Shown in pieces: positions 47,579-57,499 of a stretch of 64,000 bases of DNA; the first letter of the stretch is position 1, and each line of letters starts with the position of its first letter. The notes under the pieces are model-generated. The model saw nothing but the letters and a program-made list of their open reading frames with translations, had not been told where the DNA came from and searched no databases. Source of the DNA: an uncultured bacterium (GTDB lineage: Bacteria; Patescibacteriota; Kazan-3B-28); contig OY968788.1 of assembly GCA_963695435.1 (NCBI GenBank), positions 349,456-413,455 of the forward strand. The letters run 5' to 3'. A program made the translations under genes and the position numbers.

Positions 47579-49333
47579 TTATTCTTTCTTCGACTTTATG
47601 TACCACTGTGCAATGTTTATAAACCTATCCGTTGTAGATGACAAGTTAATCTTATCAGTTACACCTTTTACTTTCTTGTCCACCAGATAGGTATATTTTG
47701 GCTGATACAGCAAGATAGCAGGAACAAGATCGGCAAAAGCGGATTGAAATTTCAAATAATATGGAATCGCTTTGTTCAAACTAGCGGCAGTACGGGCTTG
47801 TTCCAAATTATTATCAATGTCCTTGTCCACTTCCACCGCCAACGCCAACCCGGGGTCTTTTATTTCACTGCTGTGCCAATAAACATACGGGTCGGAGTTG
47901 CCGCCCAAATCCTGTCCGAAGATCAGTACTTCATAAGCGCGCGGACGAATTACATCTTTAATAAGAGTGGCAACATCCAGCGGTTGAAGAATCGCTTCCA
48001 CGCCAATGCTTTTCCATGTTTGCTGAACTAGTTCTGCTGTTTTACGGGATTTGGCATCATCACGAAAAGCTACTTTCAAACTTAATTTTGTTTTGTTCTT
48101 ATCCAGAATTCCGTCACCATCAACATCCACCCAGCCGGCTTTTTTCAATAAGTTCGCGGCACGGGCGATATCGAATTCATATTTTTTGATATCGGGATTG
48201 TGCCCCCAAAAGCCAGGTAAAATCGGCGAGTCCACTTTTTCAGCATAACCTTGTTCCACTTCATCAATAATTTGCTGCTTGTTGGTGGCGTAGGCTAGTG
48301 CTTGTCGAATAGTTTTATCCGCGAGCAGTGGGTTGCTACCAAGTTGATTGAAGAAGATTGCCTTATATTGTGGCAATGCGAATTTGTAGATCGAATCATT
48401 GGCGGTTGTGCTAAATACCGGCTCGGTAAACCCACCTGCGCTAACTTGACGGTTGCGGAAAGCAGCATAAAGATTCTCGGCGTTGTCAAAGAAGTAAAAA
48501 ATAATGCTTTCGATGTATGGTTTGGTACCATAGTAGTCGTCAAACTTGGTGAGTGTAATGGAAGTATTCAAATCGGATGATTGGTATCTGTACGGACCGG
48601 TACCAATAATTTTCCCCGAATCATATTGGCTAGCCATATCTTTTATCGCAATATCGGCAAAGATATGTTCGGGGATTATCCCCACGGACAGGTCGGTCAG
48701 GAAAAATGCCGAGGGTGCGGGGAGAGTGAACTTGACCGTCAAGTCGTCTAGTTTTTCCACCAAAATTCCGGCAAAGCTGGATTTCAACACACCTGTGTAG
48801 TCATTGTTTTGCAGAGTGTTGAAAGTATAAACCACGTCATCAGCGGTAAAATTTTTACCATCATGCCATTTGGCATTGGACTGCAGACGGAAGAGATAAG
48901 TTTTCCCACCGTCCAATAAATCCCACCCGGTAGCTAGATTCGGCACTATTTCGCGTCCCGTACCTATTTTAGTAAGACCAGAATAAACAAGCGAAGAAAT
49001 ATCTCGGTCAGCCGCGTTCGTGCCAGAAAGCAGCGGATTGATGTATTTCGGGCTGCCAACCAACCCTTCAATATGCACACCTCCGGCAATTGGTTTGACT
49101 TCGCTAACTCCAGCATCAGACAAAGCCAAGATCGCGCCGCCGCCAATAATTACTATGACCAAGCTCGCCAAAATAACTTTTTCGGTAAAAGTAAATTTCT
49201 TTTTCAAATGATTCAACCACAAAACCGCCTCACCAAAAAACTTCTGCATTCCTCCAATAGCGGAGATTGCAGCGTGTTTAGTGCGGTCTACTTTCAGTCT
49301 TTTGACAATGCGAATTTCTGGCTCTTTTTTCAT
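47579..49333 (-). CDS. ABC transporter substrate-binding protein family 5 (peptide/nickel-type) with N-terminal TM anchor
   Basis: 584 aa; SBP_bac_5-like. Confidence 0.7.
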   Translation of the reverse strand: MKKEPEIRIVKRLKVDRTKHAAISAIGGMQKFFGEAVLWLNHLKKKFTFTEKVILASLVIVIIGGGAILALSDAGVSEVKPIAGGVHIEGLVGSPKYINPLLSGTNAADRDISSLVYSGLTKIGTGREIVPNLATGWDLLDGGKTYLFRLQSNAKWHDGKNFTADDVVYTFNTLQNNDYTGVLKSSFAGILVEKLDDLTVKFTLPAPSAFFLTDLSVGIIPEHIFADIAIKDMASQYDSGKIIGTGPYRYQSSDLNTSITLTKFDDYYGTKPYIESIIFYFFDNAENLYAAFRNRQVSAGGFTEPVFSTTANDSIYKFALPQYKAIFFNQLGSNPLLADKTIRQALAYATNKQQIIDEVEQGYAEKVDSPILPGFWGHNPDIKKYEFDIARAANLLKKAGWVDVDGDGILDKNKTKLSLKVAFRDDAKSRKTAELVQQTWKSIGVEAILQPLDVATLIKDVIRPRAYEVLIFGQDLGGNSDPYVYWHSSEIKDPGLALAVEVDKDIDNNLEQARTAASLNKAIPYYLKFQSAFADLVPAILLYQPKYTYLVDKKVKGVTDKINLSSTTDRFINIAQWYIKSKKE

Positions 49334-49348
49334 AAGACCAGTCAGCTC

Positions 49349-49573
49349 CTATTTAACAAAAAGCATCACGAAAGAGCTGGCGACAAATAAGACAGCTAAA
49401 ACCACCGTGATGTAATAGAGCATCTGTTCTGGACCCCGGCGGGTGCCGTAGAAAACGCCACTACCTCCGAAAGTCTCCCCCAGAGAGGAGCCCCGTGCCT
49501 GTAATAGAACGGCGGCCATCAGTAAGATGCCTATTACTACCTGAAAAATAAAGAAAAAATTACTCCAATCCAT
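49349..49573 (-). CDS. secG: preprotein translocase subunit SecG
   Basis: 74 aa, two TM, LLQARGSSLGETFGG. Confidence 0.8.
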   Translation of the reverse strand: MDWSNFFFIFQVVIGILLMAAVLLQARGSSLGETFGGSGVFYGTRRGPEQMLYYITVVLAVLFVASSFVMLFVK

Positions 49574-49654
49574 AAGATGTAATCCGTAATTAGATCCTTC
49601 CTATCCTAGCAAAAAAATCACCCCAAGTAAACTGATTTCCCCTATTCCCCTTTT

Positions 49655-49684
49655 TGACTTTTTGCCCCCAATCTGCTTACAATT
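49655..49684 (+). promoter_or_regulatory. candidate promoter TTGACT-N18-TACAAT for bactofilin operon
   Basis: followed by GGGGGG SD-like run and ATG at 49697. Confidence 0.45.
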
Positions 49685-49696
49685 GGGGGGTCTATT

Positions 49697-50134
49697 ATGG
49701 CTAAGACCAGAGCAGATTTTGCTGATTTCGATAACCCCGACACCATTATTGGTCGAGGGGTTCGGGTAGAGGGCAGTCTTCAGACTGCTGGCGATATTCA
49801 AATTAACGGAGAGTTCAAAGGCAAGCTCCTGACAGAAGCTGATGTTGTCGTAGGCGAACACGCAGTAGTTGATGCCGATATCAACGGACAAAATGTCTAT
49901 GTATCGGGTGAGGTGAAAGGCGACATCAATGCATTTGAAAAAATCCAAATCTTAGAAACAGGCAAGGTTGACGGCAATGTCACCTCTGCCGCTCTTTCAA
50001 TTGAATCTGGTGGAATTCTGAAGGGTACCAGCACGATGCACGAGATTGAAGCGGAACGGCCTGAAACCGAGCCGACTTATGAAGTACAGGAAGCTAAGCC
50101 CGAGGAGACTTCCGATTCAGATACTTCCGCCTAA
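49697..50134 (+). CDS. bactofilin (polymer-forming cytoskeletal protein)
   Basis: beta-helical repeats IIGRGVRVEGSL ... IQINGEFKGK ... VYVSGEVKGDI. Confidence 0.8.
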   Translation: MAKTRADFADFDNPDTIIGRGVRVEGSLQTAGDIQINGEFKGKLLTEADVVVGEHAVVDADINGQNVYVSGEVKGDINAFEKIQILETGKVDGNVTSAALSIESGGILKGTSTMHEIEAERPETEPTYEVQEAKPEETSDSDTSA

Positions 50135-50140
50135 AAGCTT

Positions 50141-50944
50141 ATGTATCTACTTCTCGCCAATCCAGAAGCCGGTGGCAAGCGTTTTCAGAAAATAAAACCT
50201 CAACTGATTGATTACCTTAATCGAGTCGGGGTAAAGTTTGATTTGGTAGAGCTCACTAATTTGGTGGATGCGGGAGAAGTTATGGAACAGCACATCCAAA
50301 ACGCTACTCGCGGCGTCATCGCGGTTGGTGGCAACGCAACAGTAAACACTGTTATCAACTCGATGGCAGACGAGGGAATGCCGTTTGGTATTATCCCGAT
50401 TGGAAAAACTAACTACCTCGCTCACAGTCTTGGGATAAAAGGCTGGCGTAATGCGGTCAAATTGCTGGCTGAGCCAGATAAAAAAGCTCAACGCTTAGGG
50501 AAAATCGGCAAACATTATTTTGTTGGGAAAATCGAAATATTGGGAAGCCACAACTTGCTGGCGAAATATTTGCGGGGAGAGGGATTCTTGAAAAAGTTTC
50601 TGGGTTCATCCAAGCCCACCTCCCAGCGAACCGCAGGCGTCAATACGACGATCACCTTTGACGATTGTGTAAAGGCAGCCGCCGTTGCGCAAAAAATTAC
50701 CGTCAAGCTGAATGACGAAAAAGGCGGTAAAAAATTATTGATGGAGATAACTTCTGATGACCCGAAAAACCCGACCCGTCTTTGGATGGATGAAATGGAA
50801 ATTGAAGGCGACAAAAAAATGCCAGTATTGATGGGCAACGAAACGGTGGCGCACACGCCCGTGGAAATAAAGGGTTGTCCAAAATATATCGAGCTGTTGG
50901 TCCCCAAAGCCCCAAGCAAATTGACCAAGAACCATAAGAAATGA
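50141..50944 (+). CDS. YegS/DgkB-like lipid kinase (DAGK_cat) with variant glycine loop GGNAT instead of GGDGT
   Basis: LLLANPEAGGKR, VIAVGGNATVNTVINSM. Confidence 0.55.
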   Translation: MYLLLANPEAGGKRFQKIKPQLIDYLNRVGVKFDLVELTNLVDAGEVMEQHIQNATRGVIAVGGNATVNTVINSMADEGMPFGIIPIGKTNYLAHSLGIKGWRNAVKLLAEPDKKAQRLGKIGKHYFVGKIEILGSHNLLAKYLRGEGFLKKFLGSSKPTSQRTAGVNTTITFDDCVKAAAVAQKITVKLNDEKGGKKLLMEITSDDPKNPTRLWMDEMEIEGDKKMPVLMGNETVAHTPVEIKGCPKYIELLVPKAPSKLTKNHKK

Positions 50945-50959
50945 TAGTTTGAGGATAGC

Positions 50960-51484
50960 TTGAGTAGACCAACTCCACCACCACGAATCCGCGCTAATCA
51001 CATGATCCGAGCATCTCGGCTATTTGTGATTGACGCAGAGGGGCAGCCTCATGGTGAAATGTCCCTGCAGGACGCAATGAAGTTGGCGGAAGCGTCCGAA
51101 ATGGACTTGGTAGAGGTATCTCCCAATGCCAATCCGCCCGTAGCCAAGATTCTGGATTTGGGCAAATACAAGTACGATCTGACCAAGGCTCAACAGCGTC
51201 AGCGCAAGCACCATAAGGAGGTGGTAGTCAAAGAAGTCCGACTAGGGCCTACTATTGGCGACCACGATTTAGGGGTAAAAATCAAGCAGGCAGAGAAGTT
51301 TTTGGGGCTGGGCTATAAGGTGAAGGCCTCGGTAGTGTTCCGTGGTCGGCAGATGGCCCATATGGAGCTCGGTCATGATGTTTTACAAAAGCTGGTTGAC
51401 AGATTACGGGACAAAGCTAAAATGGAACAAGCTCCTATCCGGCAAGGTCGGAGCATTCATATTGTCATCGCTCCTGTAAAATAG
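50960..51484 (+). CDS. infC: translation initiation factor IF-3
   Basis: IRASRLFVIDAEGQ ... VVFRGRQMAH. Confidence 0.9.
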   Translation: MSRPTPPPRIRANHMIRASRLFVIDAEGQPHGEMSLQDAMKLAEASEMDLVEVSPNANPPVAKILDLGKYKYDLTKAQQRQRKHHKEVVVKEVRLGPTIGDHDLGVKIKQAEKFLGLGYKVKASVVFRGRQMAHMELGHDVLQKLVDRLRDKAKMEQAPIRQGRSIHIVIAPVK

Positions 51485-51575
51485 AGAGTAGAGCGTAGAG
51501 AATAGAGCGTAGGAAGAATTACTTTAGTTTTTGCTCCCTGCCCTCGTCTCTAGTCTCTCATCTCTCATCTCTATC
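51482..51575. repeat. TAGAG-unit hairpin repeat copy C between infC stop and rpmI start
   Basis: TAGAGAGTAGAGCGTAGAGAATAGAGCGTAGG ... CCTCGTCTCTAGTCTCTCATCTCTCATCTCTATC. Confidence 0.55.
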
Positions 51576-51580
51576 TTTCT

Positions 51581-51778
51581 ATGCCAAAAATTAAGACTCA
51601 CAAGACAGCTGCTAAGAGATTTAGCGTTACCAAAACGGGCAAAATCGCCCGTCGGAAGACTCGTGGTGCCCATAAACTGACTAACAAGACGCCTAACCAA
51701 AAACGGAGAAGCGCCCAACCGGCACAGGTAGCTGCTTCTGATGTAAGCAGAATAAGACGAATGATCGGTAAAACTTAA
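51581..51778 (+). CDS. rpmI: 50S ribosomal protein L35
   Basis: MPKIKTHKTAAKRF. Confidence 0.95.
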   Translation: MPKIKTHKTAAKRFSVTKTGKIARRKTRGAHKLTNKTPNQKRRSAQPAQVAASDVSRIRRMIGKT

Positions 51779-51815
51779 TTTGTCATCCTGAGCATAGCGA
51801 AGGATCTATAAAATT

Positions 51816-52163
51816 ATGGCACGAATCAAACGGGGAAAAGTAGTTCGCAGACGCCACAAGAAGTTGCTTGAAGCAACTAAGGGTTTTCGAGTACTGCGTC
51901 GGACTAACATCAAACGGGCAAAAGAAGCTTTGATAAAAGCATTGTCCTATTCCTACCGTGACCGCAGAAATAAGAAGCGGGAGTTTAGAGCACTCTGGAT
52001 TAACCGCATCAATTCTGCGTTGTCGAATATGAATATCAAATACAGCAAATTCATTCAGGCAATGACTGCAAAAAAGATTGAATTGGATCGAAAGATTTTA
52101 GCTCAACTGGCAGTTCAACATCCTGATGTCTTTGACCGCATCGTAAAAGAAGTGACGAAGTAA
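51816..52163 (+). CDS. rplT: 50S ribosomal protein L20
   Basis: MARIKRGKVVRRRHKK. Confidence 0.95.
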   Translation: MARIKRGKVVRRRHKKLLEATKGFRVLRRTNIKRAKEALIKALSYSYRDRRNKKREFRALWINRINSALSNMNIKYSKFIQAMTAKKIELDRKILAQLAVQHPDVFDRIVKEVTK

Positions 52164-52220
52164 CACTTTGTCATTCTGACTCCGACTGGTCGGGAGAAGA
52201 ATCTAAACTATAAAATTAAA

Positions 52221-52250
52221 AAAACCGAGTAGAGATGCTCGGCTTTTTGT
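52221..52250 (+). terminator. intrinsic terminator CCGAG-TAGAGATG-CTCGG + TTTTT after rplT
   Basis: read directly. Confidence 0.65.
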
Positions 52251-52311
52251 TGTCCAAAAATAATTACAGGAGACAAACCAAATCCCCCGTAGATAACTAA
52301 AATTTTCATAT

Positions 52312-54318
52312 CTACAAGCTGATATCTGCTACCAACGGACCTTTGAAAAGTTCTTTGAGGTTGCCAGTGGCAAGCCCCGTAGAAGGAGTTTTGAGCGTGG
52401 AGGTGAAGCTGGTGTTCACCGTGCCCGCTTGTTTTTGTACATAAAGAGAATAGCTCTCCCCCTTTGCCGTATCCAGCATAAATGGAGCCTGATAATCTAA
52501 GGTAATAATTTTAGTTTCGCCGGGATTTGTTGTTACATAAAACCCAAAGAAAGTTTTTTCGTGAGCAGGTTCGGTCACAATTTTTTCCGCCACATCATAG
52601 CCGATAATATTTTTCACCGTCGCACCTTTTGGCAAATACACCCGTACATAATCTTTATTTGTACCATCAGGAGATTTACCGGTGCCAGTGTGAGTGTAGG
52701 TCAGGATTAGTTTTTCGGTAATCTTGCCCGTGGAGCTGATATTCACCTGATGCTGAATGGTGTCAGTAATATTTTTACTGCTTTTTACTCCGCCCATATT
52801 AGCACGGGCAACCATCAGATAATCTTCCTTTGGCGCAGTTTCTTTCAGCTCTCCCGACCAATTCATTTGGGAAAGAATTTTTTGCAAATCTGCGTTGCGA
52901 GTGTAGAGCATAATATTTTTCTTGGTAATTTGTTCCAAGAGTAGCGGGGTCAATTTATTCAAATCATCGCGACTCAAAGACATTATTCTTTGCATCAAAA
53001 TTGGATTCAGTTCAGAGAGAATCGCTTTGGGGTTACTAGTTTTTTCAACCTTTTGGATTTCGCCATATACCACATCCGCAAAATTATCCGCGGTAATAGT
53101 AATGTGTCTTTCCGGTAATTCAATATCCCCAATCACTGTCATGATCGCTGACATAACTTGCGTATTGATAGCGATCACGCCATCAGGCGTCCCGCCGCCG
53201 GATTCTTCGTACAAATTAGAAATATATTTTGCGGAGGCAGGGAAGTCAGGGTCAAAGTTTGCGTTAGGGATTACTTTTTCTCCCGTCTGCGAACCTGCTA
53301 GTTGCCCATCTATGCGGTAAGTGTCGTCCACAAAGAAATCAGTAATTTTACCGCGCTGAAGTTTGAGCATCGCGTAACTTCCCATAAATCCACCTGTTGG
53401 ACGAAGCTCTGTGTCGTTCTGATTCAAAATCAAATACGAGCGGGGATTAGGACTACCAAGAGCTCTTGGTAATTGTTTTGCTATTGTGCCCATCATTGCG
53501 ACTAAATCGTGGAGTGTTGATGCTTTTCCCTGCGCCACAGCAAGCGTCGCAGAATATGCTCCTCCAAGTGCGGATGGCTGAATTGACTGCAACAGATTAT
53601 CTGCTTTGGCGAGTTTCACCAGTGCCTTATCTAGATTCCCAACACTCCCGGAAAGAATCTGCATGGCTTGAGGCAGAAATTCTTCCGTAGTTTGCGCTTC
53701 CTGTATATCGGCAGAATTAGCGGTGTTATCAAAATATTTCATCGCCGGTTCGGCGGTAGCAATCAAAAGTTGTCCGCCTTGGGCAAGATTTAGACCGGCA
53801 TCAATCAATTTTTGTCCCGCAATAATCTGAAAATGTTCACCTCCCAGCCCTGACATATACAAATTAGTTTGTCCAAGCGACAAGATATCTTTTTGGGCGG
53901 AGGCAAATAAATTTTCAGCGGCAATTAGATTTGTTTTTGCTTCTGGTAGGTTTTTCAGTGTAACGGCTTGGGCAGCCGCTTCAACTTTTGCCACACCCCT
54001 ATTTACCGTCGTAATAGTTTCTTGTTTTATTTGTGTAGCGCCTTGATATAGCACTACCCCGCCGGCATACAGCAAGATTCCGGTTACCATCAAGCCGGCT
54101 AATTTCAGCCAAGTCAATCCTGCGTGAGCTACTTCGGCGACAGGTCTCGCCGTAACGGTTGATTCGGCATTTACAAAAGCCAAATCCATAATTTGTCCTT
54201 TGGCTGGAGATCTCAAACTAGACTCCGTTTCATCGGGTCTATCCAGTACCGCTGCCGCGTGGCCGTATGACAGCCGTACTTTGGCCTTTGGTTTTACATT
54301 GTAATATTTATCCGACAT
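52312..54318 (-). CDS. large membrane-anchored extracytoplasmic protein (DUF4012-like), hypothetical
   Basis: 668 aa, single TM near residue 75-95, last gene of glycosyltransferase cluster. Confidence 0.45.
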   Translation of the reverse strand: MSDKYYNVKPKAKVRLSYGHAAAVLDRPDETESSLRSPAKGQIMDLAFVNAESTVTARPVAEVAHAGLTWLKLAGLMVTGILLYAGGVVLYQGATQIKQETITTVNRGVAKVEAAAQAVTLKNLPEAKTNLIAAENLFASAQKDILSLGQTNLYMSGLGGEHFQIIAGQKLIDAGLNLAQGGQLLIATAEPAMKYFDNTANSADIQEAQTTEEFLPQAMQILSGSVGNLDKALVKLAKADNLLQSIQPSALGGAYSATLAVAQGKASTLHDLVAMMGTIAKQLPRALGSPNPRSYLILNQNDTELRPTGGFMGSYAMLKLQRGKITDFFVDDTYRIDGQLAGSQTGEKVIPNANFDPDFPASAKYISNLYEESGGGTPDGVIAINTQVMSAIMTVIGDIELPERHITITADNFADVVYGEIQKVEKTSNPKAILSELNPILMQRIMSLSRDDLNKLTPLLLEQITKKNIMLYTRNADLQKILSQMNWSGELKETAPKEDYLMVARANMGGVKSSKNITDTIQHQVNISSTGKITEKLILTYTHTGTGKSPDGTNKDYVRVYLPKGATVKNIIGYDVAEKIVTEPAHEKTFFGFYVTTNPGETKIITLDYQAPFMLDTAKGESYSLYVQKQAGTVNTSFTSTLKTPSTGLATGNLKELFKGPLVADISL

Positions 54319-55525
54319 GGTGTGACACTGCTTGTTCTAAAACTAATAAAGTCTTTCTGGCAGTGGTTTCCCAATCAAATTCGCGAGCAATCTTTTTTCC
54401 TTTATCAATCATCTCATTCCGCTTGGAAGGATTAGAAAGTAAGTTGCTGATTTCTTTTGCTAGAGCATTGAAATCCGTTGCGTCAATCAGGATACCGGCA
54501 TCTCCCGCTATTTCGGGCAGAGCGGAATTGTTCGCCGTAATCACAGGACATCCACTCGCAAACGCTTCCAATACCATCAACCCAAATCCTTCATAGAACG
54601 AGGGAAAAACGAATACAAAAGCGTGTTGCAGAAAGGCTATTTTTTCTTCTTCGCTTACTCTGCCGGTAAAGATTACTTTTTCTTCTAGCTCGAGCTCTTT
54701 GATAATTTGATAAAGTTCACTGTTTAGCCAACTTTTTCCTCCAGAAACCACCAGCTTAATTGTATCACTCTTATCTGTTTGTAATTGGTGGAGTGCGCGG
54801 ACAATTGTGACCAGATTTTTGCGTGGTTCAACACTCCCAACATAGTAAATATATTGTTCGGGCAATTGCCATTTGTCGCGCATTTGGACAAATACTTTTT
54901 CGTCTGCAGGATTGAAATAATCTTTCCCTACTCCTTCATAAATTACTTTTATCTTACTTGGGTCAGCGTGAAGCAAACGCACCATGTCGCGTTTGGTGCT
55001 TTTTGATACAGCAATTACAGCATCAGATATTTTCGCTTCATATCCATAGCCCATTTGCCACTGCCAGATTCGGGAATCCAGAGTATAAAACTGGGGGAAC
55101 AATAAAAAGATAAGGTCGTGAAAAGTGGTCACTTTGGCGCATTTCGGAGACAGCGGAAGAAGCCGAGGTGAAGGCATCCACATAACATCCAATCCACCGC
55201 AAACAATATCCGCTTTTGGCCAGTTGAGGGGTTTGAAAAAAGCGTGTAGGAGAAAGGGGACATTCGGCCATTTGAGTTTGCGGATTTCGACATTTGGGCT
55301 TTTCAATATTGGGTAAAGGTTCATCAAATCAACCAGATTCTTGTCCTGATCCTTGTACGCCACATAAAACAACACATAAGTATTGTCGTGGTCGATTCGC
55401 ACTAATTCGCTCAATACAGAAATGGTGTATTGCTCAATACCGGAAATCTTTCCGGTAATAAGTGGCCTCAAATCAACCCCAATCCGTAATGTCTTCTTCT
55501 CCTCCATATTTCCTTCTCTCGTCAT
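54308..55525 (-). CDS. glycosyltransferase family 4 (GT-B)
   Basis: C-terminal EGFGLMVLEA motif. Confidence 0.8.
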   Translation of the reverse strand: MTREGNMEEKKTLRIGVDLRPLITGKISGIEQYTISVLSELVRIDHDNTYVLFYVAYKDQDKNLVDLMNLYPILKSPNVEIRKLKWPNVPFLLHAFFKPLNWPKADIVCGGLDVMWMPSPRLLPLSPKCAKVTTFHDLIFLLFPQFYTLDSRIWQWQMGYGYEAKISDAVIAVSKSTKRDMVRLLHADPSKIKVIYEGVGKDYFNPADEKVFVQMRDKWQLPEQYIYYVGSVEPRKNLVTIVRALHQLQTDKSDTIKLVVSGGKSWLNSELYQIIKELELEEKVIFTGRVSEEEKIAFLQHAFVFVFPSFYEGFGLMVLEAFASGCPVITANNSALPEIAGDAGILIDATDFNALAKEISNLLSNPSKRNEMIDKGKKIAREFDWETTARKTLLVLEQAVSHHVG

Positions 55526-55590
55526 CCTCTCTTTTTATGTCATTCCCGCGTAGGCGGGAATCCATTTTCTCCCTGTCTTTCACTCATCAC

Positions 55591-56733
55591 TCACAACCCA
55601 TTACTCTCTACCCCCATCTTATCCAAATGCGATTCAACAAATTCCATAATCTTTTGTTTGAAAACAGACAAATCAAATTGTCTGGCGCGCTCCCGACAAA
55701 TTTCAGGAGAAAAACTAGTTTGCTCAAATTTACGAATCGCTTCAGTCAATGAATCGACTGATTGCTCTGAAAATAAAATTCCGGTTTGCCCGTCAATTAC
55801 AGTTTCCAATGCACCGCCATGCGCGTATGCAATAACTGGTTTGCCAGCGGACATTGCTTCCAACGGGACAATTCCAAAATCTTCTTCTTGTGGGAAAATT
55901 ACCGCCTTACATCCCAAAACTACTTTAGTAGTTTCCAAGTCCGAAATTCTGCCCAAAAATTCGACATTTTCTTTTCCTGAAGCCATTTTTTTCAGCTTTT
56001 CCATCTCCGAGCCATCCCCCACTATCTTCAATTTGGCGGGAAGGTTTCTGAATGCTTCCACAACTAAGTCAGTTCGCTTGTAAGGCATTTGGCGACCCAA
56101 AACCAAATAGTAATCCCCCGCTTGTGCCTCGCCCGAAAATCTATTGAAATCAACTGGCGGATTTATCACAGTTGAATCCATGTTGTAATATTTGCGAATG
56201 CGGCTTTGGGTGTGTCGGGAGTTGGCAATAAAGAAATCTACCCTATCCGCCGCCACTCTATCCCACTCACGCAGATTGTGAATCATTGAAGGAATAAAAA
56301 GTTTTGCAATTGGGTCTAAAATCCCAAATTGTTTCGCCTTCAAATATTCGTGATAGTGACTCCAAAAATAACGAGTCGGAGTGTGGCAATAACAAATATG
56401 TAAAGTTGAGGGTTGTGTAAGCACACCCTTTGCTTCAGCAGAGGCGGAGGAAATTACCAAATCATATTCGTCCAAATTCAAACTTTCAAACGCTTTTGGA
56501 CGAAGTGTTGGGAAAAGCTGGTGTTTGAACTTCAACGGCCAGTTTTGTAGGTAAGTCGTAATCACTTTTCGGTTGGCAAGTTCCAGAAAGGCTTCCGCCT
56601 TGTAAACAGAGGCAAAAATATCGGCTTGGGGGAAGATATCTGCCAACGCCAAAATCACCCGCTCGGCTCCCCCTCGATCCGTCAGCCAATCCGCCACAAT
56701 CGCCACTTTTAGTTCTTCTAGCCTTTTTGCCAT
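55591..56733 (-). CDS. glycosyltransferase family 4 (GT-B)
   Basis: EDFGIVPLEAMSAGKPVIA. Confidence 0.8.
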   Translation of the reverse strand: MAKRLEELKVAIVADWLTDRGGAERVILALADIFPQADIFASVYKAEAFLELANRKVITTYLQNWPLKFKHQLFPTLRPKAFESLNLDEYDLVISSASAEAKGVLTQPSTLHICYCHTPTRYFWSHYHEYLKAKQFGILDPIAKLFIPSMIHNLREWDRVAADRVDFFIANSRHTQSRIRKYYNMDSTVINPPVDFNRFSGEAQAGDYYLVLGRQMPYKRTDLVVEAFRNLPAKLKIVGDGSEMEKLKKMASGKENVEFLGRISDLETTKVVLGCKAVIFPQEEDFGIVPLEAMSAGKPVIAYAHGGALETVIDGQTGILFSEQSVDSLTEAIRKFEQTSFSPEICRERARQFDLSVFKQKIMEFVESHLDKMGVESNGL

Positions 56734-56835
56734 ATAGGTATTATAACACAGGCAAAATCGCTAAAAATCTGCTCTCATTGACAATTTCTGCCCGTTGACC
56801 TAGTCTGAACCCAGCACCTTAAAAGGAGGAAAAAA

Positions 56836-57450
56836 ATGATTCTCGGAATAGTTTTTGTGGTCGTGTTGGCACTTTTCCTTTTGGGAGAGGGAGGAATCTG
56901 GAAGCAGAAAAAAGAGGATCGAGCATCGGCGATATGTTCAGCTTTATGGATAAGTGCAATATTGTCTTTTTTTTGCGCTTGGTTTATCGCAGGACTTTGC
57001 AACTCCAGGCCCGTGAATGAACCTGTCACCGCCAAGAGCTCACTCATAGCAGTACAGGGAGGGCTAGCCAAGAGTGGCAATTTCTCGCTATCGGGAGACA
57101 TTTTCTATGTTTCCGGTAGTGGGCGTTACGGTGATGAGTCCCAGTTCAGTTACTACATCAAAGACCGAGACGGTGGAATTATGCTGGAGACTGTCCCCCG
57201 CTACGCGGACATCAAAGTCTATGAGGACAGCGCTGAACCATATGTCCTGAAGCATTACTTGCATAGGACATATTCTCAAAGACAGCGTTGGGCGTCGTGG
57301 CCGTTGCCCCTGCCCTTGGACGTGGGACCTAAACTGATGGACAAATTAGTGCAAGTCGATCTGCATGTTCCGATTGGTTCCATTAAGCCCGACTTCAATG
57401 TTCGGGTCTACCAGAACACGGTTGCCCAAACCGCTGATTCATCTCCTTGA
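56836..57450 (+). CDS. hypothetical membrane-anchored protein
   Basis: 204 aa, two N-terminal hydrophobic segments. Confidence 0.4.
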   Translation: MILGIVFVVVLALFLLGEGGIWKQKKEDRASAICSALWISAILSFFCAWFIAGLCNSRPVNEPVTAKSSLIAVQGGLAKSGNFSLSGDIFYVSGSGRYGDESQFSYYIKDRDGGIMLETVPRYADIKVYEDSAEPYVLKHYLHRTYSQRQRWASWPLPLPLDVGPKLMDKLVQVDLHVPIGSIKPDFNVRVYQNTVAQTADSSP

Positions 57451-57462
57451 ATTTCGCACCCA

Positions 57463-57497
57463 GAAAAAGAGACCCCTTCGGGGTCTCTTTAATTTTC
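57463..57497. terminator. bidirectional terminator AAAAAGAGACCCCTTCGGGGTCTCTTTAATTTT between convergent genes
   Basis: perfect 8-bp stem, tetraloop TTCG. Confidence 0.8.
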
Positions 57498-57499
57498 AT

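Noticed and set aside
45077-47600. Integrase, prophage or genomic-island signature next to the tRNA clusters
   Set aside because: No integrase or recombinase ORF and no tRNA 3'-end direct repeat were found. The duplicated module is better explained as local duplication.
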